Shown here: piece after piece, positions 1-12,454 of the stretch
Layout: each line of letters starts with the position of its first letter
Position numbering within the stretch: the first letter of the stretch is position 1
Origin: Tubiluchus corallicola
Lineage: Eukaryota > Animalia > Priapulida
DNA length: 64,000 bases
NCBI GenBank assembly: GCA_030141605.1
Contig: JAQGDQ010000411.1
Location: 124,001 to 188,000, forward strand
Direction: 5' to 3'
Translations under genes and position numbers: made by a program
Notes under the pieces: model-generated
Seen by the model: the letters and a program-made list of their open reading frames with translations, nothing else
What the model was told of the DNA's origin: nothing
Databases searched by the model: none

Positions 1-195
1 CCGAGAAATTTTGAATTACTTTGCAATTATAAGCAAACAGTTGAACAAACTCAGACATTTAATCTACCATGTGGCTGGTGTAGATTGTCAAGTTTTGTCT
101 GTATGTTGATTTAAAACCCTTTTACGGCTTGAAATATGCCTTGCAGTAAGAATCCTTACTCTTAAGTGATGTTTGAGTTGAAAGTTTATTCTTGA

Positions 196-720
196 GTACT
201 TATCATCACTACCACTTACCATCTTAGTACTTATCGTCACTACCACTTACCATCTTAGTACTTATCATCACTACCACTTACAATCTTAGTACTTATCATC
301 ACTACCACTTACAATCTTAGTACTTATCATCACTACCACTTACAATATTACTACTTATCATCACTACCACTTACAATCTTTGTACTTATCATCACTACCA
401 CTTACAATCTTTGTACTTATCATCACTACCACTTACAATATTACTACTTATCATCACTACCACTTACAATATTACTACTTATCTCCACTACCACTTACAA
501 TCTTAGTACTTATCATCACTACCACTTACAATCTTAGTACTTATCATCACTACCACTTACAACAATCTTAGTACTTATCATCACTACCACTTACGATCTT
601 AGTACTTATCATCACTACCACTTACCATCTTAGTACTTATCATCACTACCACTTATAATCTTAGTACTTATCATCACTACCACTTACAGTCTTAGTACTT
701 ATCATCACTTATCATCACAT
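196..720. repeat. 31-bp tandem satellite (CTTAGTACTTATCATCACTACCACTTACAAT), ~16 copies
   Basis: Visible 31-bp period; same family as the array at 12455-15172. Confidence 0.95.
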
Positions 721-727
721 CACTTAA

Positions 728-965
728 AACAGCACTGTACTTCAATTTCCATTTTCGCAAACACGTACAACACGCTCGTGGAATATTTTTGATGTTTAAA
801 ACTTTTTTCGTTTGTGATGTCATAAAAAGCTGAGCTCGCCTCCCGCTAATTAAGTTTTTAATCTATTATTTAATTATTAGAAACGCTTGCGTTAAATTGT
901 GTACTTTTTATCGGACTTGAAATTGAGCTTGTACATTAAAAAATCATCCTGTCTTCTTTTAAAGT
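728..965 (+). mobile_element. Interspersed repeat family A fragment (non-autonomous element, class undetermined)
   Basis: AGCACTGTACTTCAATTT...TGTGATGTCA...TAATTAAG recurs at ~9080-9960, 15470-16050 and inverted at 17355-17720 and 32830-33405. Confidence 0.75.
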
Positions 966-1418
966 GTCCCACCGAATTTTTCACACAAAGTTATAGTACT
1001 TAGCATTCCGCTTACCTGTTTTAAAAAACTTGTAACTGAAAAAAATCAATAAATTAAATGATCGTGCCACCTGCTAAAACTGCACTACCCCATTGTGCAC
1101 CAGTGTTTCACCAAAAACACATTATTGATTCTATTGACTTCCATGATGTTGTATTGTGAAAGATTTCTATCGTTTCTGGAAACCGGAAGCTTTTCTTAGA
1201 CCTGTGAGTTTCGTACACAAATTTGCACAGTAAATAAGTTTAGGCTGTATACGTTGTATTTCAGTAACATTTTAATAGTGCTGTATAGCTTTGTACTCTC
1301 TTATTGAGATCATACTTGGCTTCATAAATTAGCATTGTGGGATTATTCCAATTGTGAGGCTTTCTGAATCTTTCGAGATCAATGCAAACCAAAACTTTCT
1401 CATTTTTGCAATACTTTG

Positions 1419-2168
1419 AATAGGAAGTGATATTATTCAAGTCATGTAAGTGTCATGGTTTTAAACTGGAATAGGAAGTGATACGATTCAAGTCATGTAA
1501 GTGTTATAGTTTTAAACGTGAACGAAAAGTGATACGATTCAAGTCATGTAAGTGTTATGGTTTTAAACTTGAACGAGAAGTGATACGATTCAAGTCATGT
1601 AAGTGTTACGGTTTTAAACTTGAACGAGAAGTGATACGATTCAAGTCATGTAAGTGTTATGGTTTTAAACTTGAACGAGAAGTGATACGATTCAACTCAT
1701 GTAAGTGCTGGGGTTTTAAACTTGAACGAGGAGTGATACGATTCAAGTCATGTGAGTGTTATGGTTTTAAACTTGAACGAGAAGTGATACGATTCAAGTC
1801 ATGTAAGTGTTACGGTTTTAAACTTGAACGAGAAGTGATACGATTCAAGTCATGTGAGTGTTATGGTTTTAAACTTGAACGAGAAGTGATACGATTCAAG
1901 TCATGTAAGTGTTACGGTTTTAAACTTGAACGAGAAGTGATACGATTCAAGTCATGCAAGTGTTATGATTTTAAACTTGAACGAGGAGTGATACGATTCA
2001 AGTCATGAAAGGGTTGTGGTTTTAAACTTGAATGAGGAGTGATACGATTCAAGTCATGTAAGTGTTATGGTTTTAAATTTGAACGAGAAGTGATACGATT
2101 CAAGTCATGTAAGTGTCATGGTTTTAAACTTGAATGAGAAGTGATACGATTCAAGTCATGTAAGTGTT
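1419..2168. repeat. 51-bp tandem repeat, ~14.5 copies
   Basis: Unit GAAGTGATACGATTCAAGTCATGTAAGTGTTATGGTTTTAAACTTGAACGA; explains the 17-aa periodic ORF 1478-2008. Confidence 0.95.
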
Positions 2169-2315
2169 GAACTCGATTTATTTATAGTGAATTTACAAGA
2201 CAGACTGGGTCTGATACAGGTATCTCCACGTTGCAAGTGCTGAGTGCAAAGTTCTAATAAAAGAGTAATGGACAGCACCAGGAATAATTATGACATTCAA
2301 TTCGATGTGTTTTTA

Positions 2316-2521
2316 GCGCATGCGCATTCACTGGATTTTTTTACTGGGTCACTGATACCTGCAACGTCCTTCAGTTGACCTTCACATAAACAAGTTAACG
2401 GTTATTTGCAGAGAATGGCTACGCATGCGCATTTCCTGATTTTTTACTGGGTCACAGATACCTGCAACGTCCTTCAGTTGACCTTCACATAAACGAGTTA
2501 ACGGTTCTTTGCAGAGAATGG
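2316..2521. repeat. ~100-bp tandem duplication with GCGCATGCGC-like motifs
   Basis: GATTTTTTACTGGGTCAC...TTTGCAGAGAATGG occurs twice in tandem. Confidence 0.85.
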
Positions 2522-3567
2522 TATGCTTGGTATGAGACTTCTCCGACATGCCGTTAATTGGAGGAGGTGTTAACGAATAAGAGGTGACCTTTTCGGTAAC
2601 AGTCTTCTCTTTTCAATCGTAGTTGATTAGAGATTTATGGTGCTTGTAACGTATACTATAATGAAGCGTTCCAAGTATTGGCAATTAACGCTAAAGTGCT
2701 TACAAGTAGATTACATTGGGAAGCCAAATGCAAACGATTTGGCTTCATTTGATGTCGGACAATAAATGAAAATAAAAATTACTTCTTGTTACTACAAATG
2801 TTGTTAAAGGAAAGAACAAGTCACTCAGTATGTTGGTTTATTTTACGGTTAATTTTACGGTTGTCACTTAAACTTAGAAAAATGTAATAAAGAAATTTGC
2901 AAAGAACTTTCTGTAAACTATAATATACTACTTCTGAATAGCAATTTTCAGATGCGGTGGTTGTTGCTGCCATTCACTTGAAAATCATGACGTAACTGGG
3001 AAACTTTGCGACTTTTCTCAAGCGCATCGTGGCTTTCCGTAAACGCGCACTTGCTTAAACTAATTCAAACTTCTGCACTTCACCTAATAATGCTCATTCA
3101 AAAATATTACAAAATTAACTGTTTAATTTTTTGTAAAAACTTATATTTTTGATGAAGATTGACACCGCGCTACTTTTCTTCAAGACGAATGACGTCATTG
3201 GAAGAAGAATTGGCATTGAAAATGCGAGCGCCCAAGCATGAAGTGATCGTGACTTTAAAGTGATTTTGCTAGCTACACAAGACGCTCCTTGCAATTTTAT
3301 TACTAAATCTTTCTAACATTTTTCGCAAACAGTGAAATAAGCCTAACCTCCTAGAAAGGTTGACCTTTCCTTTAATTGCACAATTATAAAAAACAATAAA
3401 AGTTCTGTTTGTTCGCCATTTTTCCCAGTCCGTAATGTTTTTGAAATGGGATGGTCAATGATCATTCTGTAATAATTTGTAATCAAGATCTTTCTGCATT
3501 TTCTAATATTTTGCTGGTTGTCGGGATGGATTTTGTACCAGGAAGAAACAGATTAGGTACTTATTTA

Positions 3568-4890
3568 TGTCCCAACTCTGTCTCTTCATATACAGGTAAA
3601 CTCAGCTTCCTTCTGTCCCAAGTCTGTCTCTTCATATACTGGTAAACGCAGCTTCCTTCTGTCCCAAGTCTGTCCTTCATACAGGTAAACGCAACAAACC
3701 CCCAAGTCTGTCTCTTCATATACAGGTAAACGCAGCTTCCTTCTGTCCCAAGTCTGTCCCTTCATATACAGGTAAACGCAGCTTCCTTCTGTCCCAAGTC
3801 TGTCTCTTCATATACAGGTAAACGCAGCTTCCTTCTGTCCCAAGTCTGTCTCTTCATATACAGGTAAACGCACCTTCCTTCTGTCCCAAGTCTGTCTCTT
3901 CATATACAGGTAAACGTAGCTTCCTTCTGTCCCAAGTCTGTCTCTTCATATACAGGTAAACGCAGCTTCCTTCTGTCCCAAGTCTGTCTCTTCGTATACA
4001 GGTAAACGCAGCTTCCTTCTGTCCCAAGTCTGTCTCTTCGTATACAGGTAAACGCAGCTTCCTTCTGTCCCACGTCTGTCTCTTCGTATACAGGTAAACG
4101 CAGCTTCCTTCTGTCCCAAGTCTGTCTCTTCGTATACAGGTAAACGCAGCTTCCTTCTGTCCCAGTCTGTCTCTTCTATACAGGTAAACGCACTTCCTTC
4201 TGTCCCAAGTCTGTCTCTTCTATACAGGTAAACGCAGCTTCCTTCTGTCCCACGTCTGTCTCTTCGTATACAGGTAAACGCAGCTTCCTTCTGTCCCAAG
4301 TCTGTCTCTTCGTATACAGGTAAACGCGGCTTCCTTCTGTCCCACGTCTGTCTCTTCGTATACAGGTAAACGCAGCTTCCTTCTGTCCCAAGTCTGTCTC
4401 TTCGTATACAGGTAAACGCAGCTTCCTTCTGTCCCACGTCTGTCTCTTCGTATACAGGTAAACACAGCTTCCTTCTGTCCCACGTCTGTCTCTTCGTATA
4501 CAGGTTAACGCAGCTTCCTTCTGTCCCACGTCTGTCTCTTCATATACAGGTAAACGCAGCTTCCTTCTGTCCCAAGTCTGTCTCTTCATATACAGGTAAA
4601 CGCAGCTTCCTTCTGTCCCAAGTCTGTCTCTTCATATACAGGTAAACGCACCTTCCTTCTGTCCCAAGTCTGTCTCTTGATATACAGGTAAACGTAGCTT
4701 CCTTCTGTCCCAAGTCTGTCTCTTCATATACAGGTAAACGCAGCTTTCTTCTGTCCCAAATCTGTCTCTTCATATACAGGTAAATGCAGCTTCCTTCTGT
4801 CCCAACTCTGTCTCTTCATATACAGGTAAGCGCAGCTTCCTTCTGTCCCAACTCTGTCTCTTCATATACAGGTAAATGTAGCTTCCTTCT
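3568..4890. repeat. 46-bp tandem repeat, ~29 copies
   Basis: Unit CCCAAGTCTGTCTCTTCATATACAGGTAAACGCAGCTTCCTTCTGT; CAGGTAAA recurs at 3907 and 3953. Confidence 0.95.
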
Positions 4891-5214
4891 GAGTCAGACA
4901 TATTCACATATTCAGAATAAAAAAATCGTAATTTTAGGACTTTGCCAACATTATTTGAGGGGGGTCGGTCACGAATCGCTTTGGAGATGGATATTTCTTG
5001 ACTTCTCTCTGCAACAATGCTTTTTACCGATAACATTGTTTATCAACAAGACCAGCAGCATTGTAGAAGGTTAACAATGCTCTCCTTTTACATTTCGAGT
5101 AGCACTTCGACCATTGGTCATTGATGATAAAGTTTAACAAAAAACTTTACCTTTGCGAGGGGGGAATGGGCGTCCCCCCTCTGATATCCAAGTAAGCGCT
5201 CCTCCTAGACTTAG

Positions 5215-5460
5215 AGTACAAAAGTGAAATTTCATACATTTACTTTTCGTATAGTTGAAGCAAATATTATGACTGATAGCGAAATAACTATTACAACAAT
5301 GTAAGAGTTCTTGTAATACAGCTATAGAGAGAGCTAGCAATATAGTGTCATCTGCATATATAATATAATTCACTTAACAATCCGAAAACCTTTCCATTTA
5401 TACAGTTTTGCTGATAATTTCTCGGTATGGATGTTGAACAAAAGAGGGGGCAGGACACCA
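5215..5460 (-). mobile_element. Degraded non-LTR retrotransposon reverse transcriptase fragment
   Basis: Minus-strand GVLPPLLFNIH (G.LSP.LFNIY motif) and YIIYADDTILLA...NICFNYTKSKCMKF. Confidence 0.8.
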
Positions 5461-6044
5461 CTGTACTGGATCACCCTGAATTCTTGGATTACTGAATTTA
5501 AAATACGGATGATTTTTCTAGATTAAAAATAGGGATGATTTTTCTAGATTAAAAATAGGGTTGATTTTTGAGTGCTTGACCGTTTGTGGGAGAGGTCATT
5601 TGCCTGTTTTTGTTGGACAGTCGTGATTCGACTGCAACAGCAAGGACATCGCTAGCTCTTTTTGAAGAAGAATGATGTTTGATTGGCCTAGTCGTTCGAA
5701 ACTCGCTTAACGACTTTTTTGTTCCACACAGAGAACCCTGCATCGAAAATACCTGTTGTTACAGATGTTTTAAAATTATTTTGTTGTTAAATCATACTAA
5801 AATGTAACATGGCTTCTTTCAAATAAATTTTGTTAACGAGCTTCTCAAAGAAGCCGCGTTTATAAAAACAATTACAAGCCTGCTCCGAATGCAGCCAAAG
5901 CGCTGAACTGTCAGTAGCTTTAGTAAACGCCATTAATCGACTACTGCCACCTATCGGTTGCAAAACTACCTATTTATCGACTGTTTTGACTTACGAACAC
6001 CGGGCGTTTAATTAAGAAGATTGCATGCAAGAATTCAATGTTTT

Positions 6045-6630
6045 CTTTCTTCAAGGTCTCATTCCACGTGTTGTAAGCATTGAGGTATTAACATTTATCA
6101 CAGCATTCCACGCACTTCTATCTGGAGCTAAGAGCATAAGTTCTACTCTTAAAGATAGATTTGGTTGAAGTTGTTGAACATCTTTATTTATCTTAGCTAT
6201 CCAAGTTGTTTTTTGGTTTACCAGGTGGTTTTTTTGCAAGGTTTTAAGGCTTCCCTTAAGTCGATTCTTACTGGTGCTTCATTTGGTAATCTTATAAGAT
6301 GTCCTAGCCATCTTAATCTTCAGATCTTGATTGTTGAACTCCTACAAATTTATTGCTTTCTGGTGCATAAATCTTCATTTTCAATTATGTAATATTTTAT
6401 TTTTAAAATTTTGCTTAAAAGACTTCTATAAAATGTATCAATCTGCTTTTCTTGAGTAATCGTTAAACCCCACGTTTCACTGTTGTACATAAATATGCTG
6501 GTAACGTAAGCATTAAATAACCATAGTCTTATGTTAAGACTTAATTTCTTGGTAGTTGATACATTCTTGTGGTGAAGAAAAGGATGCATTGCTTGTTGCT
6601 TTCTGCTTTTAATGTCATCTTCGATGTAAC
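6045..6630 (-). mobile_element. RTE-like LINE 3' fragment, degraded
   Basis: IRLWLFNAYVTSIFMYNSETWGLT...IDTFYRSLLSKILKI and TTWIAKINKD...DRSAWNAVI match the post-RT C-terminus of RTE-type ORFs; GAA-rich tail. Confidence 0.8.
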
Positions 6631-6944
6631 ATGCGATTACTTGTGAGGTGAAAAGTAGCAAGAGGAGCAATCTTTGTCACTGCAATTTTCATTCTCGTTG
6701 TAGGCAGACATGTCTTTCGCAACTAATTTCTTCATTTCTATTCCCGGAATCTTATAACGAGGGAACTAATATATCTATCAATCAAATCAATATATAATCG
6801 TGACGATTCATTAGAATCGCTACCTGACTTTCTAATCAATTAATTAGTCAATGAAATTAGACAGCCTTAATAGATTTTTGTATAATCAAAAACTGTCAAT
6901 TAGGCTAAAGGCTGATTAATTGAAAAAGAAGGAAGACAATTGAA

Positions 6945-7010
6945 AAATTGTGAGCCAACCAGGATTTGAACCCTGGTCCTTGTGACTGCGGATTCTCCAA
7001 TACCCATTAT
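6945..7010 (-). mobile_element. tRNA-derived SINE-like head
   Basis: B-box GGTTCAAATCCTGGTTG on the minus strand; related plus-strand copy at ~42205-42265; no complete cloverleaf. Confidence 0.45.
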
Positions 7011-7486
7011 AATGAGCCCAGCACAGCACAGTAGTCTGAAATGCCATCCAGGTACTGCACAGTCACCTAGAAACAATACTCACTTATTAGTAAGGTTAAA
7101 AATAATCCGTTAATTAGTCAATTTATTGGTTTTATTTTTGCTTCTTTATTTTCTTATTTTATTTTAATTAGTTCTGCAAACATGGTCGCGGAAGAGTACA
7201 TTATGAGGTAGCCAACGTGTTTAGAGTTACACTTGAACAGAAAGATTTTTTCACGAAAAATTCAGCATGAACTTTCTCTGTTTTCAAATGCGAATTGAAC
7301 GCCATGATTCGAGTTCAGTTGCCAGAAACAAAATTATTTAATTAGTACGAGAGTGATAAAGGTTAATTATGGCTTCACGAGAGTTCATTGATTGAAGCCG
7401 GGGAAGCCAACACGTTTTGCCTCCTACAGCAGCACCCGGCAGGCGCTTGATATACATCAACTCTAGCTGCTGCCGTGTCCACTTGC

Positions 7487-7500
7487 GTTACCATGGTAAC
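7487..7500. promoter_or_regulatory. Perfect palindromic RFX X-box
   Basis: GTTACCATGGTAAC matches the RFX consensus in a locally GC-richer patch. Confidence 0.5.
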
Positions 7501-7911
7501 CGGTTTCTACAAGAACTAATCGATACCACCATTTTATTCGCATTAGCATCAACTGCAATTGATAAAACTCTATGTCTAGGGTAAGATTAATGTACTAAAA
7601 ATAGCAAAAATTCAACAAAACTATATCCATGCCATATCGTGTGTTAAATGTTGCATTACAAGTCTGTTGGGTTAAAATTTTATTTGTTTTTTTCCGAGCT
7701 TTAATGAGAGCCTATACTTAATAATTAAAACTCGAACGCTCTTAATTAACACGTTTGTATAGCTTAAGTAAAGGCAAAATTGTTTTAACTTGTTTCTGAG
7801 AAGAGAAATGTTTACTTATGTAGATACCGAGTTCCATACTCACTTTGGGGCGTTTTCGTTTGTTACACGTGTTCCCATTGTTTATCTTTTAGAGGGACAA
7901 TGCACGTATAT

Positions 7912-8944
7912 AAGGTTAAATGTACCACAGCAATGCGTTTTAATTATAACCAGCACGTGACGTGTAGGTAAAGGAAAGCCGTCTGTCGCATTAGTTTAAT
8001 AGCTTCAGTTGTAAAGCGTGAACTTTACTTAATTAATAATTATGCATTTATCTGTGCGTAGATGATTTACTAGCAAGGAAATAAGAAAAAATGAACTAGG
8101 TAAGGTTCTAACTAGCTGTTAAAATTGGTAATATTACAATAACATGGGCTGTGAGGCGTTGTCAAGTGTACTCAAATGTATATAAATCCGGACTTGGCCG
8201 AAGTTTAGCTCAGTTGATTTAGTGGCTCATCTTAGAGGCATAGCCCTGATGACATCAGCCTGTCTTCAGTCAGTATATCAAAATGTTACTTACTTTTCCT
8301 AAAAACTTCATTTTTGACTGTCTCGAGAAACTCTTTATAGTTTCAGAGTGAGTTTGGCTTTATCCGGAAGTGAAGTTTTAATTTCGCGTACCATACTACC
8401 AGTTAAGCAATTTTTGCTTTGTGCTGGATTGCTACGTAGAGCAGCTGCTTATAAACCAAGTTTTTCCTTCAGGGTTTCTTCTCTGTGGAATTCTGTAGCA
8501 TGAAAACCAAGTCGCCCGCTTCCTAGCATAAGATGAGCACATCTATCTATCACTAAATAACTCTTGGATTTTATCTGTTTTTATATTTTTGTGTGTCTGT
8601 ATCCTGTGAGTAAGCCTTTGACAATTCCAGCGATTGATGATGATCGTGAAAATGTCAAAGGTTAAGTGTACCAGACAAAACATTTGTGTACACTTGAGAA
8701 TGCTTCGCAACCCAAGCTATTGCAATAGTAACAGTTTTAACAGCTAGAACCTTACCTAGTTCATTTTTTCTTGTTTCCTTGCTAGTAAATCACTCCAAGC
8801 ACAGATAATTGCATCAATATTAATTAAGTAAAGTCCACGCTTCACAACTGAAGCTATTGAACTTATGCGGCAGACGGCTTTCCTTTACCTGCACGTCACG
8901 TGCTGGATATAATTAAGACGCATTGCTGTGGTACATTTAACCTT
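7912..8944. repeat. Inverted pair of interspersed family B copies (~230-bp arms, ~580-bp spacer)
   Basis: 7912-8140 is the reverse complement of ~8722-8944; further copies at ~28030-28385 and ~45945-46360. Confidence 0.85.
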
Positions 8945-9398
8945 TGGCCTGCACGTGCGCACAACAAAACCGCCAAAAGACTCAGAAATAAATAAAGAAT
9001 TAAAAATGGACAGTGGTCATTTTATTAATGTTTTTGTCTTTCTCCATTGCATGCATTTCACCATTTGTTAGTTAGATGGCCACTGGCGCCTGCACCTCGG
9101 AAAGTGGTGCTTTACCTTTCAGCCCAGAAGTGTTTGTTTGTGACGTAGTACACACGTTTGAGAGCTCACGCATCAGCACAGCTGTAAACTTGAAATTTGA
9201 ATTTTACACTTAAAATTTGCCAAGATTTTGTATATCATAGTAAATGTTGTACATCAGAGCTATAATTGAATTTCCACTTTTGCAAAAATGTGCATCGCGC
9301 TCATGGAATGCTTGTGCCGTTGAAAATTATATTCACTTGTGATGTCATCACCAATTGGGCTCCCCTGCTGGTAATTAAGTTTTTAAGCTATTGTTTAA

Positions 9399-9851
9399 CC
9401 CTTTCATACCCGTTGTATCCCGTGGGATACGAGAATATTTTCTGCCTTTAAAATTAATACAATTTTAAAACTGACAGTTATTTGATCTGTTAACAGCTAT
9501 TTTGATTTAAGCCAATAGATTAAAATGGTGATAAAATGGCAAACTAGAAAATCTACATAGCATAAAAAACTGCTCAAGGTACAGTACTTTAGAGACGACT
9601 TCGTACAGATCAGCATAGCATGCATACTAAATGTCTTAAATACTTTAAAAAATTATCAGCAGTTGCAAAATGAAGCACATTTTATGGTTCCATTGAATCC
9701 CAATGTATCCCGTGGGATACAGGCTATATGTAGCACGCGGGCACAGGTAGCAAAAAATAATTATTATGTGTGAACAAGATGGACATACTGAACAAAAGTA
9801 CCAAGCCAAAAAATTTGTTCTTATTAAAAAAATAAATTGGGACTGAAAGGG
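9399..9851. mobile_element. piggyBac-type MITE inserted in a family A copy
   Basis: TTAA|CCCTTTCATACCC...GGGACTGAAAGGG|TTAA: TIRs plus TTAA TSD; partial copy at ~49140-49513. Confidence 0.8.
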
Positions 9852-10365
9852 TTAATTATAAAAAACACTTTGGCCTTAGTCTAGGTGTTAAAACGTATAA
9901 TTTTTACAGCCTACAAAGTGGGGTAGGATATGAAAAAACATGCTCTTTTCCTTTAAAGCTGTCTAGCAAAGGCATGTCATCAGCATATGTGTCAGCCATG
10001 CTTTAACGTGGTCTTTCCTTTGCTTATTTTGCAAACTGACACGCTATTCCCAGTGTCCACACAGACCACCCTTGTGCTGCATTTCGACTGCAATGTACAG
10101 TTGCAATCCATGTGCATAATTCTCTGTATATACTGCGCAATACGTGAGTTTCGAGGAAACGCTATTAATGCATATCAATATTAATGCATGGAAATGAGGG
10201 GTATTGGACTTGCTGTATTGTGTATAGGTAGCGCCAATGCTCATCTTATGCTACTGCTGCTGCTGGCAGTCAGTTGTAACAGCAACTATTGGCTTCCTTG
10301 TGAACAGTGAGCAAATGATGATCGTGTGGCTTCCTTGTGAACAGTGAGCAAATGATGATCGTGTT

Positions 10366-10425
10366 ATGTTGTTCAATTACGAGCGGTCGCATGGATATCC
10401 CATGAAAGTTACTCAGGCAAGATCT
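10366..10425 (+). CDS. Candidate alternative first coding exon of Cav-beta (MLFNYERSHGYPMKVTQARS)
   Basis: In-frame upstream stop at 10345, ATG, 60 nt open, phase-0 GTAAGT donor compatible with the phase-0 acceptor at 26056. Homology not verified. Confidence 0.45.
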
Positions 10426-10851
10426 GTAAGTGTTGAATATGAGCAAAATCCGTGTTTAGTTGTTGTAGAATTCATGGCTAGTTTTTCGTTTCTAACAACA
10501 ATGCTGACATGCTCGTTTGCTTGAAACGTGCGAGATTTTCATCTGTTTTCTTTTGAGTGGATAGCACGTGCTGAGTCACTGAGTCTGTTGACCAATGGTC
10601 ACGCAGGTTAGTTTTGCATAATTAAACGAAATAAACGAACTAAACTTCGTCTAGCTATTAGAAATTGCACTTGTCTGAGCATGTATTAAATTCTCAACAA
10701 TAGGTAAACTCAACATGCAAAGTATTTTCGGGATTACAAAAGTTTTATTAGGACAACTCCGTGTTTAAAAAATTAAATTCACAAACCAATGAAAATGACT
10801 ACACAGGAAGAAACTGCAAGTTTTCCAGATGTTACTTAAATGCTAGTTAAT

Positions 10852-11569
10852 AAGGGTTGCCATCACACCTGATTTGGCCCAGAGTCTAGGGTTGCCATCA
10901 CACCTGATTTGGCCCAGAGTCTAGGGTTGCCAACACACCTGATTTGGCCCAGAGTCTCCTGAATTTCAGTCATAAATCCGTACTTAGGTCGGATTTTTGA
11001 AAAATTCTGAAATCTCCTCATTTCGACCATCACATTGAAATTTAAAGCAGAAATACATCTTGCATGCCATTGAAACTTTGCAAAAGACAAACCAAAAAAA
11101 AACAGCCGAGTCTCTGTTAATTAAGGTGACAGTAAACTTCTTAAATTAATTTTAAACAGTTGCATGGCTTCATCATTTCATGCCGTCTACGTTTTTCATC
11201 AGTTTTTGTTGAAATGCTGCAAATCAAGTATTCTTCTGCTTTAATTCACATAACATAAAGTGTTTAATAATTTCATGGCTAAACCCGATCCCAGAATCCT
11301 CAGCAAACGTAAGAAATGTGACTGGGAAGAAACTCCAGAAATTGATGTAGACTGCTTGCACTTTTGTAAGGTTTAGAATTTTAGGGTTTTTCTGGAGTTT
11401 AAAATCAATAATTTTACTACTTTGTAGTTTGAATTTCTTGATTTTAGTTGCTGAAAAAAGATTGCCGGAAATGTCTGGTTTCCGGGGCTCCATCTCGGGC
11501 CTCACCGGGGGAGTTTACCGCCCCCTAGCTAACTCCTGACTCCTGATTTGTGAGGGGGTGGCAACCCTA
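10852..11569 (+). mobile_element. hAT-like MITE (AGGGTTGCCA...TGGCAACCCTA TIRs) with three 35-bp terminal units
   Basis: TIRs visible; inverted related copy at 18363-19521; no clear TSD. Confidence 0.7.
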
Positions 11570-12454
11570 CGTGTAATGTATGTGACTGTAACTTGTCCCG
11601 CAGACGTGTAAACATCGATATTAAATTAAAATGACCTCTCAGCATAAGGGCTACCACGTAAAGGTGAAGTCACACCACTAATTTCCTAGCGTCTAGAAGT
11701 ATCTGTCGATATTCTCCTTGGATAGAGTGAAGCTTTAGTCTTCCTGGCAACTATTTTCTTGTAAAAAATTCCACAGAGAAGAAGCCAGGGAGAAAACTGG
11801 ATTTATGAACAGCTGTATCTGTGTTCTACATGTAGGTATGTCCGAGATACGCCTATAAAGTAGCAAGAAACCGAATACTGTGAACAAGCTTTGAGGATTA
11901 AATGTTCGTCTTTTAGTGGTGAAACGGGTCACAAAATGGGCCTGACAGGGCACTTAGTTTTCCATTCGGCACATTCTGTTCTGTTCTTCTGACCTCCTCT
12001 AATCCTCTTCGTCTAATCATGCCTTCTTATGATCATCCTACGCTTAGAGCATTATGCAATATCCAGGTCCTTTAATAATTAATAGAAGCTCCACTAGTTA
12101 ATCAATTACCCTGCTGTACTTTCCCAAATTACTTAGCATGAACATAGGTCGTTGTCCAGATTCTTATGCGTTTTTAAACGTTGAAATGACTCTTCTCACT
12201 GAGACAAAAGCTTTTTAAAACTATCTTCAATGATAAGCCCCCCGTCGTTAATGTAGATGAATCATTTCTACAAAGTTTCATGGAAAACGATTAAAATGTT
12301 TGCATCAGTGAGCTCTGTTAGAATTTGTTAAAGCCAAATTGAGCAAAACCCTAAACTGAAGGTCAAAATAATCTACTCTTTAAATTATTGAAAGGAAACC
12401 TGCTATTTTTTCAAAAATGACTTACGTGAAAGAATTATTACCACACAAACACAA

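Noticed and set aside
1478-2008. 176-aa Cys-rich repetitive ORF
   Set aside because: Product of a 51-bp (multiple of 3) tandem repeat; GTG start, neighbouring units contain stops.
3542-3556. Possible 15-nt microexon CCAG|GAAGAAACAGATTAG|GTAC
   Set aside because: Ends in TAG in the phase-0 frame needed to join the GSADS exon.
3946-4773. Overlapping minus-strand ORFs
   Set aside because: Artefacts of the 46-bp repeat cycling through frames.
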